DNA from: a virus
Direction: 5' to 3' (one strand)
Length of the DNA: 64,000 bases
IMG/VR virus record: IMGVR_UViG_3300050491_000011
Position numbers and translations under genes: made by a program. The notes beneath the pieces were generated by a model. The model searched no databases. It worked only from the letters and a program-made list of their open reading frames with translations, and was not told the origin of the DNA. This document shows, piece by piece, positions 1 to 8,893 of this stretch. How positions within the stretch are numbered: the first letter of the stretch is position 1; every line of letters starts with the position of its first letter.

Positions 1-87
1 ACCACCAACCAAGCGGTCGACAAGCAGCTGGACGCAGCCGCTGAAGCCCTGCTGAACCAGGCTCAAGCTGACGCCGAACCGGTTTAA
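1..87 (+). CDS. 3' end of an upstream gene (partial, ...AAAEALLNQAQADAEPV*)
   Basis: Frame 1 is open from the window edge to TAA at 85-87, has phage-like codon usage, and is followed by a hairpin. Confidence 0.7.
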   Translation, partial: TTNQAVDKQLDAAAEALLNQAQADAEPV

Positions 88-100
88 TTACCGGCATGAC

Positions 101-118
101 AGGGAGCTTCGGCTCCCT
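101..118 (+). terminator. Stem-loop AGGGAGC-TTCG-GCTCCCT
   Basis: Perfect 7-bp stem with a UUCG tetraloop, directly after a stop codon. Confidence 0.6.
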
Positions 119-136
119 CGTCTCAAGGAGTTCTTT

Positions 137-838
137 ATGTCCCGCACTGGTTTACCTCGTGAAAGAAAGCCTGTAATCCGCAACAAGCCCCGTGAGGATC
201 TTGAGGATAAGGGCTCTGAAGCTTATCGGGCTTATGTCGCGGAAGGTCTGGAACGGATGGCTAAGGCTGCCACAGAGATCAACGACTCCACGGCTGAGCG
301 TAAGCGTAAAGTCCCTGAGCAATACTTCGTCAACATCCTACTGCCGGTTCTGCGTAAGTGGATTCGTCGGGAAGAAGTTGAAATCGGCCACTACCTGAAC
401 GTAGCCGATGGTCTCAACAATGAGATCGAAGTTGTCGATCAGGAAGGCGTGAAACTGTACGATGTGCCCCCATTGTTTGTAGACGTACCCACTCGAGTGG
501 CGCGTCATGAACCGGGTGTCAACATTCCGACCATCCACAAGATGGTTCAGATTCAGGGGATGCATGTTGATAACAACGACATGCGTCAGGTCTTTACGAT
601 CGAGAACGATCTGGTAGACATCCTGGCTCCGCGTGCAGAAGACGCCTCCAAGACGCGATGCTTGGTGATGTTGTGCCACATCTACGACCGCTATGAGCTA
701 CCTCTTGAGGAACTCGTTGGCGAAACCCTCGCTCCCGTTATTGCAGCGGCCTTACGGGCTGCTAAAAAGCCCGGCTCTAAAGCCATTGTAGAGAGCGGTA
801 ATAATGCAAGATCAGACGACGACTTTATCATCGACTAA
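137..838 (+). CDS. Conserved jumbo-phage hypothetical protein, upstream of SbcD, with an acidic C-terminus
   Basis: 233-aa ORF; AAGGAG RBS at 125-130; overlaps the start of sbcD. Confidence 0.8.
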   Translation: MSRTGLPRERKPVIRNKPREDLEDKGSEAYRAYVAEGLERMAKAATEINDSTAERKRKVPEQYFVNILLPVLRKWIRREEVEIGHYLNVADGLNNEIEVVDQEGVKLYDVPPLFVDVPTRVARHEPGVNIPTIHKMVQIQGMHVDNNDMRQVFTIENDLVDILAPRAEDASKTRCLVMLCHIYDRYELPLEELVGETLAPVIAAALRAAKKPGSKAIVESGNNARSDDDFIID

Positions 839-1991
839 AGGCACCGTCATTAAGGTGGGGCTTAGCCGCCTCACCTACGCTATCAGACAAGCGGGTGACC
901 TGCTTATCGCTGTTATCAGCGACGTACACCTCGGCCATAGCCGAGTCAAGTCTGCAAAGATTATCGATGTACTGGAGAAGACCTTCCACGAAGCGCGCAT
1001 GATTGCTCTGGATGTGATCATTATCTCCGGTGATCTGTTTGACAAGCGTCTGGCTTATGACAGCGATGACGCGTTTGTAATCACCCGGTGGATGGAACGG
1101 TTCCTGAGACTGGCTGCGAAACACAACGTAGCTATACGAATCCTTGAGGGTACGCCTAGCCACGACAACAGACAGTCCCGCTGGATGATTCAGTACAACG
1201 AAATGATTGAGGCTAACGCCGACATCAAGTACTACGAGAACATCGTCATTGATGAACTCATCCCCGGTGGTCCGACTGTTCTGTATATTCAGGATGAAGT
1301 GAACCACGACGCTAACAAGACCTGGAAGATGGTTCAGGAATTGATGCGGGAGCAAGGCGTAGATCAGGTAGACTTTGCCGTAATGCACGGCATGTTCACT
1401 TATCAGGAGCCTGTACGCAGTATCTCGAGCCACCTTGAGGAACGGTACGAAGCAATCGTGCGCCACTTGATCATCATTGGTCACAACCACCATCACACGA
1501 CCAGTGGAAAGATTCGAGTACCATCTTCTACAGAAAGACTTAGGTTTAACGAAGAGGATGACAAAGGACATCTCCAGTTCTGCTATTCCCCAACGGATGG
1601 CGTTTACGATGAGTTCTTTGTGGTCAATGAAGAAGCAACACTCTTCACGACAATAGATGTAGTGGGCAAGACACTCAACCAAGTGATCGCAACCCTCAAG
1701 AAACTCAATGGCAGCCCAGACGGTAGTTGGTTCCGTTTGAAGCTTAGCCGAAACGATGAGGCTTATACAGCCTTAACCCGAATAACCGTAGAGTTCCCGC
1801 AGTTCAACATCTCCACCAAAGTAGTGGATGGCGTTGGCGACCTCGATGTAGATGACACTGGATTGGTTGTTGAGACCGTGACCCTGACTTCGATCAGGCC
1901 AGACACGCTCATGCAGCTTATCCTCCCACGTCTCGATGGTACGCCTGATGACATCATGAGGGAGATCGTGAAGGTGCTGGAGAAAGGCTAA
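804..1991 (+). CDS. sbcD: SbcD/Mre11-like metallophosphoesterase nuclease (phiKZ gp65-like)
   Basis: Metallophosphoesterase motifs DVHLG, GDLFD, GTPSHD, MHG and GHNH. Confidence 0.9.
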   Translation: MQDQTTTLSSTKGTVIKVGLSRLTYAIRQAGDLLIAVISDVHLGHSRVKSAKIIDVLEKTFHEARMIALDVIIISGDLFDKRLAYDSDDAFVITRWMERFLRLAAKHNVAIRILEGTPSHDNRQSRWMIQYNEMIEANADIKYYENIVIDELIPGGPTVLYIQDEVNHDANKTWKMVQELMREQGVDQVDFAVMHGMFTYQEPVRSISSHLEERYEAIVRHLIIIGHNHHHTTSGKIRVPSSTERLRFNEEDDKGHLQFCYSPTDGVYDEFFVVNEEATLFTTIDVVGKTLNQVIATLKKLNGSPDGSWFRLKLSRNDEAYTALTRITVEFPQFNISTKVVDGVGDLDVDDTGLVVETVTLTSIRPDTLMQLILPRLDGTPDDIMREIVKVLEKG

Positions 1992-2004
1992 CAGGAAGAG
2001 ATAC

Positions 2005-2862
2005 ATGACCGTTGAGAATATTTCACGAGAGAAGCTGTCCGAAAGAGCCATGGGACAGTTTCCAATCTCCATTGCTACAAGTCTGGCAATTGAGTCTCTG
2101 GTCGGTATCCTTCCTGAGGCTCCTACGGACGCGCCTGAGATCTTCAAGCGCGACCTGCTACTGATCAACATCCGTACCCTTATCCGCAACCTACTGGGCT
2201 CTGTGGACAAGGAGGCACGCGCATTACTCGAAGAGTACACGATGGCTGAAGCCGTCAGTAACGAGATGCGTGTAATCGAAGAGATCATCTCTGAGACTTC
2301 GGATGGTCGCTGTGAAGTGAAGTTCTATCACTGCACTTACGGTGATGTTCCACGCAAGTACAAGCAAGCGTTGTTGAAAGGTCCAACCACAACAGCGCAA
2401 CACATGTACTGGGCTCAGAAGAATCTGGTGATCAAGAATCTCCTGACTCAATTCGAGAGCGGTTCTCCTATTGAACAGTGGACAACTGACTTCCCGGACT
2501 TCAATTACAAGACAGTGCTTCTGACGCATTATCCGGTGGACCTGCTACAAAGGTATCGGTTCACCTCGCTAGCGCTCTTAGAATCGCACACAGGGGCTAT
2601 AAAGACACCTCTTATGTGGAACACGAAGTTAGTCAGTGGGAAGGAACATCCGAACCTTCCTTTTGACAAGATGACCTTGCAGATGTTTGGTGATGGGATT
2701 CTATTCAGCCCGATGCCTATCAAGATCCGCAAACGTGTTCTGGAGCTAGCCGAGACCTACAAATGGACTCCGGCTACCACTAAGGCTTTGATCATCGACT
2801 CAGCTGCGTCTCGGAAAGACCCAGCCTTGGAGATGTTGATCAAGGATCTCTATAGTGCGTAA
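2005..2862 (+). CDS. Core jumbo-phage protein (phiKZ gp66-like position)
   Basis: 285-aa ORF with AGGAAG RBS; lies between sbcD and the chmC-like gene. Confidence 0.7.
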   Translation: MTVENISREKLSERAMGQFPISIATSLAIESLVGILPEAPTDAPEIFKRDLLLINIRTLIRNLLGSVDKEARALLEEYTMAEAVSNEMRVIEEIISETSDGRCEVKFYHCTYGDVPRKYKQALLKGPTTTAQHMYWAQKNLVIKNLLTQFESGSPIEQWTTDFPDFNYKTVLLTHYPVDLLQRYRFTSLALLESHTGAIKTPLMWNTKLVSGKEHPNLPFDKMTLQMFGDGILFSPMPIKIRKRVLELAETYKWTPATTKALIIDSAASRKDPALEMLIKDLYSA

Positions 2863-2927
2863 ATAGTTATGAATAGGGACAATGGAATGTCCAGAAACCA
2901 CATTCATCCTCCCTCAGGTGATTTTAC

Positions 2928-3740
2928 ATGTCGCAACAACCCGAAAAGAAACGCCGCGAACCAGAAGCCATTGACGACGGTAAACTCCGTCTGTACGGCG
3001 CTCCTCAAAAGGAAGGCGCACGTCAGACAATGATCCGGGTGAAGCTGGATTCGAACAACAACAACCCGATCATCGAGGTCGACTTCGGCTACAAGACCGA
3101 ACCGAAAGCGGGCAAGTCTGAAGGCTTCCCTGTCAAGATCGATACGCCGATGGCGCCGATCCCTTTCCGTACCCTGATGAACCTGATCGTCCGCGTTGCG
3201 AACTACAACGGCGAAGTGTCGTTCGAAGTCGACAACTGGGGCTTCCCATTCATGTGGGATGCGGATCAGCGTAAGAGCGTTCGTGCCAAAGAGAAGATGA
3301 TCATCTCTCGCTTCCAAGTGGCCAAACGTGAAGACGGCGTTGTAACCTTCGGCATCACTGCCAAAGGCAAGCCAGACATGGTTCACGAGTTCAAATCTGA
3401 CGAATACCACATGATCATGCAAAATGGTCAGCCGGTTGACGTGAAGATCTCCAGCCGTGAAGCAGCGATCGCTACAGCCGAAGCCTGGCTGGAAGTGTAC
3501 TACGAGCGTTTCACTAACAAGTGGGAAGAGCCTGAGTACCAGAAGAAGCGCCGCCTGGAAAACATGCAGAAAGCTCAAGGTGGTGGTGGCGGTTACCAAC
3601 AGCAGCGTCAGAACAATGGCGGCGGTGGTGGCAACTACAACAACAACCAACAGCAGCGTCCTCCTCAGCAACAGCAACAGCAATCTGCGCCGAACCTCGG
3701 CGACGGTGGCAACGGCTTTGACGACGATATCCCTTTCTAG
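2928..3740 (+). CDS. chmC: ChmC/Imp6-like (phiKZ gp67-like) phage-nucleus nucleic-acid-binding protein with a G/Q/N-rich disordered tail
   Basis: 270 aa; beta-rich N-terminal domain, then a G/Q/N low-complexity tail ending FDDDIPF; directly upstream of the gp68/gp69-like genes. Confidence 0.75.
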   Translation: MSQQPEKKRREPEAIDDGKLRLYGAPQKEGARQTMIRVKLDSNNNNPIIEVDFGYKTEPKAGKSEGFPVKIDTPMAPIPFRTLMNLIVRVANYNGEVSFEVDNWGFPFMWDADQRKSVRAKEKMIISRFQVAKREDGVVTFGITAKGKPDMVHEFKSDEYHMIMQNGQPVDVKISSREAAIATAEAWLEVYYERFTNKWEEPEYQKKRRLENMQKAQGGGGGYQQQRQNNGGGGGNYNNNQQQRPPQQQQQQSAPNLGDGGNGFDDDIPF

Positions 3741-3762
3741 GGTCTGAGAGCATTTAGCGTTT

Positions 3763-3792
3763 GTGATACAGGGCCTCACAGCCTTGTATCAC
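3763..3792 (+). terminator. Stem-loop after the chmC-like gene
   Basis: GTGATACAGGGC / GCCTTGTATCAC inverted repeat, followed by GGGCTTTATGCC. Confidence 0.6.
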
Positions 3793-3814
3793 GGGCTTTA
3801 TGCCGCCTTAACGT

Positions 3815-3837
3815 AAAAATACACAGGCATACATTAC
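3815..3837 (+). promoter_or_regulatory. Phage promoter-like motif (A-tract ... CATACATTAC)
   Basis: Motif recurs in six intergenic regions; resembles the phiKZ early consensus TATATTAC. Confidence 0.65.
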
Positions 3838-3880
3838 TTATTAGAGCAAGCACCATATAGTGACCAAGCGGAGTGTATTG

Positions 3881-5470
3881 ATGGAATTCAGCATCACTGG
3901 ATTTACCAAACGAAGTTTCTCAGCCGTCGCAGTTTCTCATCCCGGTGAAAACGATATCATCATCAATGCCGCAGGTTACGCTAACGCGAAACCCGGTGCA
4001 GTAAAGAATGATGAAGAGTTCGGAATGCGCGTCGAGCTGTTCAGCGAGATCAACGATCTCATCAGCCGTTATAGCAAGGGGGAACAACAAAAGCTGTACG
4101 ATTGCTACGCCCGCCTTGACACGGTGCTGGACTCGTACGGTACAGATGTGAAAGCCAGTGAGTTCATGGAGCTGTTGCAAGATATCGTTAAAGGTATCTT
4201 CGACATCGTGAAGTTCGAAGACCTGCGTGATTACCTGACCAGTAATAAGAACATCAAGTTCCCCGCAGAACTGGCTGACACTTACGTTACAGCAGATAAG
4301 ATCACTCCGATCTACATGGAGCGTACTTATCTGAAACGGGAATACATCGATCTGGCAGCAGTGGCATTGGGCCTGCGGTGCATGATTCCTGTTTGGGGTG
4401 CTTTCCTTCCAATCGCTATAAAGGAAGAAGGGCCGAAGAAGAAGGAGTACGTTGCGTACAAGCTTCTGGATACCTGCCTGCTTAAGGAGTGTCCTGCATT
4501 CGATCGTCTGGAAACTTACGTTCGGGCAAACACTACCGAGATGGAACACGAGATGGCTATCATCTTCGAGTTCCTGTCATCTGAGGAGATCCCTGTCTTC
4601 TTGATGGCATTGGCATTGATCCGTAAGGTTTCGATTGCACCGTTGTCCGCTGAGACGGATAAGGATCACTTGATGAAGGTGGTCTTCAACTACGTCTGCG
4701 GTAACAACAACAGACTTCCAGCGGCATTCGGCGGTAACATCCGTTCGAAGATCGATGTGGAAGCAGCAACAGACGACAATAGTTCGGTCTGGTGCTACTA
4801 CAAAATGAAGGAGCAGATCAGTACTGGCGACCTCTGCATCTTCCAGCTGTACATCACCGATTATCTTGAAGCGGCTCGCGCCATTGATCAAGAGATCACC
4901 GACGAACAAACCGAGATGTGCGTAGCACGCGCGCAGAAGCTGGCACGGTTTGATCCGAATGACGCACAGATCGCTCTCTGCATCTGGGTAATGTCTACAG
5001 TGGTAGCAGGTTGTGCGATCGAGATGTTCGACCGTAACACTCTGTTCACGGCCATGGGTATCTCCCAGACCGTACTGTGGAAGTGGGGTTTCCATCAATT
5101 GGCAATCCTGCAAACAGCAGCTCCCGTCCAGATGGCTGACGACGAGATGATGACCCCGGTTCCTAGAACCAAGATCAGCGACGAGAACATGAAACAACTG
5201 GAATACATCTATCCTTACACAATGCCGGAGAGCAAGAAGGATAGTGGTCAATCACCAAACGTTGGGGTACGTGGGGTAGAAGACGCGGCAAATGTATTCT
5301 TCAAGAACGAATGGGAACCTCAGTGCCCGCGCCAATTGGCAGCGAAGTTCGAAAGGTCAGACGTTACCCGGCGTCTCCAGGTTTCCAGTGACTTCCGCGA
5401 TGAGCTGGCTGAGTTGTTTATCAAGCTGGACGGTTACGTACGTCACATCCCTATCCCGGTAATGGACTGA
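3881..5470 (+). CDS. Non-virion RNA polymerase promoter-specificity subunit (phiKZ gp68-like)
   Basis: ~529-aa helical protein; ATG 3881 with GGAG RBS; size and position in the chmC-gp68-picA-gp70-nvRNAP block. Confidence 0.7.
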   Translation: MEFSITGFTKRSFSAVAVSHPGENDIIINAAGYANAKPGAVKNDEEFGMRVELFSEINDLISRYSKGEQQKLYDCYARLDTVLDSYGTDVKASEFMELLQDIVKGIFDIVKFEDLRDYLTSNKNIKFPAELADTYVTADKITPIYMERTYLKREYIDLAAVALGLRCMIPVWGAFLPIAIKEEGPKKKEYVAYKLLDTCLLKECPAFDRLETYVRANTTEMEHEMAIIFEFLSSEEIPVFLMALALIRKVSIAPLSAETDKDHLMKVVFNYVCGNNNRLPAAFGGNIRSKIDVEAATDDNSSVWCYYKMKEQISTGDLCIFQLYITDYLEAARAIDQEITDEQTEMCVARAQKLARFDPNDAQIALCIWVMSTVVAGCAIEMFDRNTLFTAMGISQTVLWKWGFHQLAILQTAAPVQMADDEMMTPVPRTKISDENMKQLEYIYPYTMPESKKDSGQSPNVGVRGVEDAANVFFKNEWEPQCPRQLAAKFERSDVTRRLQVSSDFRDELAELFIKLDGYVRHIPIPVMD

Positions 5471-5510
5471 AAAGTTCAATCCCCTAGAGTATTAAGCACA
5501 GGAGTAATTC

Positions 5511-7100
5511 ATGGAACTTGTTAAACTTATCTTCGTGGAAACTGAAGGCAGCGACACTCCAGTCATTCGCCCTTACGAAACCTCGTTGAAGAAAGACGAC
5601 CTCGATCTGTTTGCAAAGGCAACCGATGATGGTGCGAACCTCAGCACTATCCGGCTGGCCAAGGTTGTAGCTCCACTCCTCGGTCCATCGAACCGCCGGC
5701 AGCACAAGTCCCACATCGCCAACGGCTGGTCCGAATCCCGGATCATGTTCGGCATGGTTGTTAAGGTGATGAACCGTGACAACGCCAGCACCTACGAGTA
5801 TATCGTGGGCTATACCGACAACAGCGAACACGCCCGTCGTGGCGACACCGCGAAGTTCGATGCTGGCATGAAAATGTACTTCAATAACATTACGAGGGTT
5901 CACATGCAGGAATCCCGTCACCGTAATGATAACATCTGGGTGCCGAAGATTCAGGCGCATGACCAGATCCTCCTGCGTTCCAGCCTGACCGGTTCTGATC
6001 GTGGCACTACCCGTGGCGGCGATCGTCCAGTTACTCTGCGTCCTACCGACTTGTTCAAGCGCGGTGGTGCAGATGCGGCATTCGGGTCGTTCATGCGTGA
6101 TAACGATTCGAACGTAAACAATACCGTTGGTTCGTTCAGCTCGGCTATCCGTGCATCGAACGTTGTCAACAACAGCCAGACCGCATACGCGGCCCGTAAC
6201 CTGAATGCGTGGATGCAGGCGAGTAATTCGCCTAACGATGCGTACGTTGGTGACGGTAATGATGAAGACACCATCCAGGCAGCTTCTGATCGTTTGGCAG
6301 AGAACTCTCTGGAACTCGATCCGTATCTGGAGCGTATCAAGCGTGATACCAATATTCTCCGTGAAGGTTGCATTACTTTCGGCGAACTGATGGACATGAA
6401 CGAAGACTTCGATGAAGATCGTCAGTTGATGTTCGTTCCGTTGGACAAGCGTAAGCGCGGTGGTTTCATCAACAACTCCGCATGGGGTGAAGATACCAAC
6501 GAGGCAATCGCTGCGACCATCATCGCAAACTCCCTGCCCGGCATTCTGATCAACTCGATGTATTCGTCGGTATCTGGTCTGGTGCTGAACAGCCGTGCGC
6601 GCTTCGGCGAGTACAAAGTGGTCTGCTCTGAGCCAACTCCGTTTGCTCCAGGCATGTCGGTTAAGGCGAACTGGCCATACTTCGAAAGTCAGATCGAACA
6701 CGTTCTGATGGAAGAAGTTGGTTGCGGTGGTGCGTTTGAGTTTGAAGCGTACATCGACGCGAACATCGACCAGTACATCAAGATCCGTATCCGGATGGAT
6801 GGTGGTGAAGAAGCATCGTTCAACTTCCCAGCTTACGCGTCCAGTCTTCTGGCGCCTACGCAGGATAAAGACTTCAAGTCGCTGGACAAAATGTCGAAAG
6901 GCGTTATCGATCTGGCTTCCGGTCTGTCGAACATGCGGATGTCTCGCGCAGGCATCGGGTCTCAAGAAGATGGTCTCAACACTGGCAGCGAAAGCCGCAT
7001 CAAGTTGGGCGCCAGCAAAGAGCCTCGTTCTCGTGACAATGATTACAGAGCCGCTCCAGCAGCAGCCTCTGGCGATAAGAAAGGTGGTAAGGGCTGGTAA
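5511..7100 (+). CDS. picA: Phage-nucleus protein import factor PicA/Imp1-like (phiKZ gp69-like)
   Basis: 529 aa; AGGAG RBS; segments RPYET, IANGW, YIVGYTD and LRPTDLF as recalled for the family; directly follows the gp68-like gene. Confidence 0.7.
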   Translation: MELVKLIFVETEGSDTPVIRPYETSLKKDDLDLFAKATDDGANLSTIRLAKVVAPLLGPSNRRQHKSHIANGWSESRIMFGMVVKVMNRDNASTYEYIVGYTDNSEHARRGDTAKFDAGMKMYFNNITRVHMQESRHRNDNIWVPKIQAHDQILLRSSLTGSDRGTTRGGDRPVTLRPTDLFKRGGADAAFGSFMRDNDSNVNNTVGSFSSAIRASNVVNNSQTAYAARNLNAWMQASNSPNDAYVGDGNDEDTIQAASDRLAENSLELDPYLERIKRDTNILREGCITFGELMDMNEDFDEDRQLMFVPLDKRKRGGFINNSAWGEDTNEAIAATIIANSLPGILINSMYSSVSGLVLNSRARFGEYKVVCSEPTPFAPGMSVKANWPYFESQIEHVLMEEVGCGGAFEFEAYIDANIDQYIKIRIRMDGGEEASFNFPAYASSLLAPTQDKDFKSLDKMSKGVIDLASGLSNMRMSRAGIGSQEDGLNTGSESRIKLGASKEPRSRDNDYRAAPAAASGDKKGGKGW

Positions 7101-7140
7101 AGCCCTTTTCACAAAACCCTATTAATGACCACGGGAATCA

Positions 7141-8418
7141 GTGATGAGTGTAAGTAAGCTCGATCGAATGAATGCCTTCAATCGGAAGATCCTACTCGAA
7201 GTAGGCGTTTTCGAAGAAGAAGTTGATGATGGGCATCTGTCCTATCTGAAGGACGGTAAGCCGTCTCCAGTAACCTTGAACAAGACGCGCCTGTGCATTA
7301 CTGTACAGCGTATCCTGAAAGAAGGTCTGGGTGAAGAACGTACCGGGTTCCAGCCTCTTGCTGAGCAGATCACCGAAGGTCCAAGTCCTGTACTGAACGC
7401 CTTCAAGAACTACATCGGTGAGCGCATCAAGGCAACGGTTCGCCATATCGGCCTGTCGTTGATGGAACTGGCATCCGACTCCAAGCGGCATAAAGGCATG
7501 TCTGCCAAGGCTTCCAAGTATCTGACCGCTCTGGCAGGTATTGGTGAAGTCGATGAAAAGACTGTCGATACCATGCGCAAGGTGTTCGATGCGGTAAGTC
7601 AGGTTCCTGAGAAGCACCTGATCTCCATTATCCTGAAGGCTAAGACCGACGACGGTAGTCTGCGTCAATCGTTCGTATCCTTTCCGATCATGGATGAAGC
7701 CGATAGCGAAGAGACCGAAACCTTCTTTGGCGTGAAGATGCCACGGAAGACCAAGGACAAAGCGCTGATTGTATCGGTTCTCGAATACATCCTGGGCGAC
7801 GAGCCAGCTCGCAAGATGTACACCTCCGGCAGTAAGAACGGCAACTCGCCGTACTTCCACAGCCTGTTGTTGTCCTTCCACAAGCTGGCAACTCGGTTGA
7901 ACGACATCCTCAACGTGCATTCGGCCAAGTGCCCATCGTTCGAAGAGCTGAAGTTCAATCTGGACTGGACCGACGAACTCGATAACTTCGACGACTTCGC
8001 GAAGGTTTGCAGCCGAGCAGTTCCTGCTCTGCCGGGTAACACCGGTAAGGAAATCGACGAAGAACGTTCTGCGTTCGAAGCAAGTGCAAGTGATGTTGGT
8101 GCCGATGATGATCTGCCGTGGAATGAACCTAAAGCCAAACTCAGCATCGGTAGCGATGACGAGAAGCGTCCGGCCGCTGGTTCGAGTTTCCGCGACACTG
8201 TTAACAGCTCTCGTTCGAGCCGTGATCGTGATGATGATCGCTCGGATAGCCGTTCGAATCATGGAAGCTTCCGTGACCTGATGGGTGGCAAGAGCCGTGA
8301 CCGCGATCGTGATGATCGTGACAGCCGTCGTGAAAGCCCGAGCTGGCGCTCAGGCCGTGACCGTGACGACCGTGACCGTGATAGCGGCCGTGGTGGACGC
8401 GGTGGCCGTGGCTGGTAA
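7141..8418 (+). CDS. Core protein (phiKZ gp70-like position) with an R/D/S/G-rich disordered C-terminus
   Basis: 425-aa ORF; RD-repeat and RGG tail; gene order. Confidence 0.7.
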   Translation: MMSVSKLDRMNAFNRKILLEVGVFEEEVDDGHLSYLKDGKPSPVTLNKTRLCITVQRILKEGLGEERTGFQPLAEQITEGPSPVLNAFKNYIGERIKATVRHIGLSLMELASDSKRHKGMSAKASKYLTALAGIGEVDEKTVDTMRKVFDAVSQVPEKHLISIILKAKTDDGSLRQSFVSFPIMDEADSEETETFFGVKMPRKTKDKALIVSVLEYILGDEPARKMYTSGSKNGNSPYFHSLLLSFHKLATRLNDILNVHSAKCPSFEELKFNLDWTDELDNFDDFAKVCSRAVPALPGNTGKEIDEERSAFEASASDVGADDDLPWNEPKAKLSIGSDDEKRPAAGSSFRDTVNSSRSSRDRDDDRSDSRSNHGSFRDLMGGKSRDRDRDDRDSRRESPSWRSGRDRDDRDRDSGRGGRGGRGW

Positions 8419-8432
8419 TTAGCAGCATAGAG

Positions 8433-8469
8433 AGGCGGGGACTTCCCCGCCTATTCTACTTTTCTTTTT
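8433..8469. terminator. Intrinsic terminator between convergent genes
   Basis: AGGCGGGG-ACTT-CCCCGCCT followed by a T-rich tract. Confidence 0.75.
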
Positions 8470-8474
8470 GTCCC

Positions 8475-8816
8475 CTAACTAGCGTTCAGGCTAGTACGGT
8501 AGATTTGTTTAAACCGCGCAACCAAGGCCATGTCAGGCACGAGGATGTGGTTGATCGTTTCATCAATCTGGTGGATAGAGGTAAACCCGTTAACTCGCAT
8601 CACCAGATAATGATCCTCAAGTGGTACGCTGTTCGCTAAAAGGAACTGCGTTAGGTCGAACCTGTAGAGATATCCAGTCTCAGGAGCTACCGGTACTTGA
8701 CGGGTGGAATCCGATTCTCTGAAGTACATGATCAGAGAGTCTACGTACGTCCGATATTCTTGAGTGAGTGTGAAGCTTGAGGGAGACGCTACGATCCACT
8801 TGGAGATGCCAGTCAT
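8475..8816 (-). CDS. Small protein, putative LysM / T4 gp53-like baseplate wedge subunit
   Basis: 113 aa; AGGT RBS; pattern YLYRFDL...HYLVMRVNG...ILVPD resembles gp53/LysM-type wedge proteins. Confidence 0.5.
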   Translation of the reverse strand: MTGISKWIVASPSSFTLTQEYRTYVDSLIMYFRESDSTRQVPVAPETGYLYRFDLTQFLLANSVPLEDHYLVMRVNGFTSIHQIDETINHILVPDMALVARFKQIYRTSLNAS

Positions 8817-8828
8817 GTGCTTACCTAT

Positions 8829-8851
8829 AAAAGTCTTGAGTTATACATTAC
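8829..8851 (+). promoter_or_regulatory. Phage promoter-like motif (AAAAG ... TATACATTAC)
   Basis: Recurrent motif upstream of the nvRNAP beta gene. Confidence 0.65.
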
Positions 8852-8893
8852 CGAAATAGAATCTCAGCCCAAAGTAATAAGGAGACCGATTGA

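Noticed and set aside
5484..7112. 542-aa minus-strand ORF, and similar long antisense ORFs at 9791, 11574, 16102, 34808, 36706, 47260 and 52842
   Set aside because: They mirror strongly codon-biased real genes on the opposite strand, show no recognisable motifs, and no convincing RBS was noticed; typical antisense shadows.
8200..8415. Tandem CGTGAC/CGTGAT repeats as a CRISPR or non-coding repeat array
   Set aside because: Short in-frame degenerate codon repeats encoding Arg-Asp, with no repeat-spacer structure.
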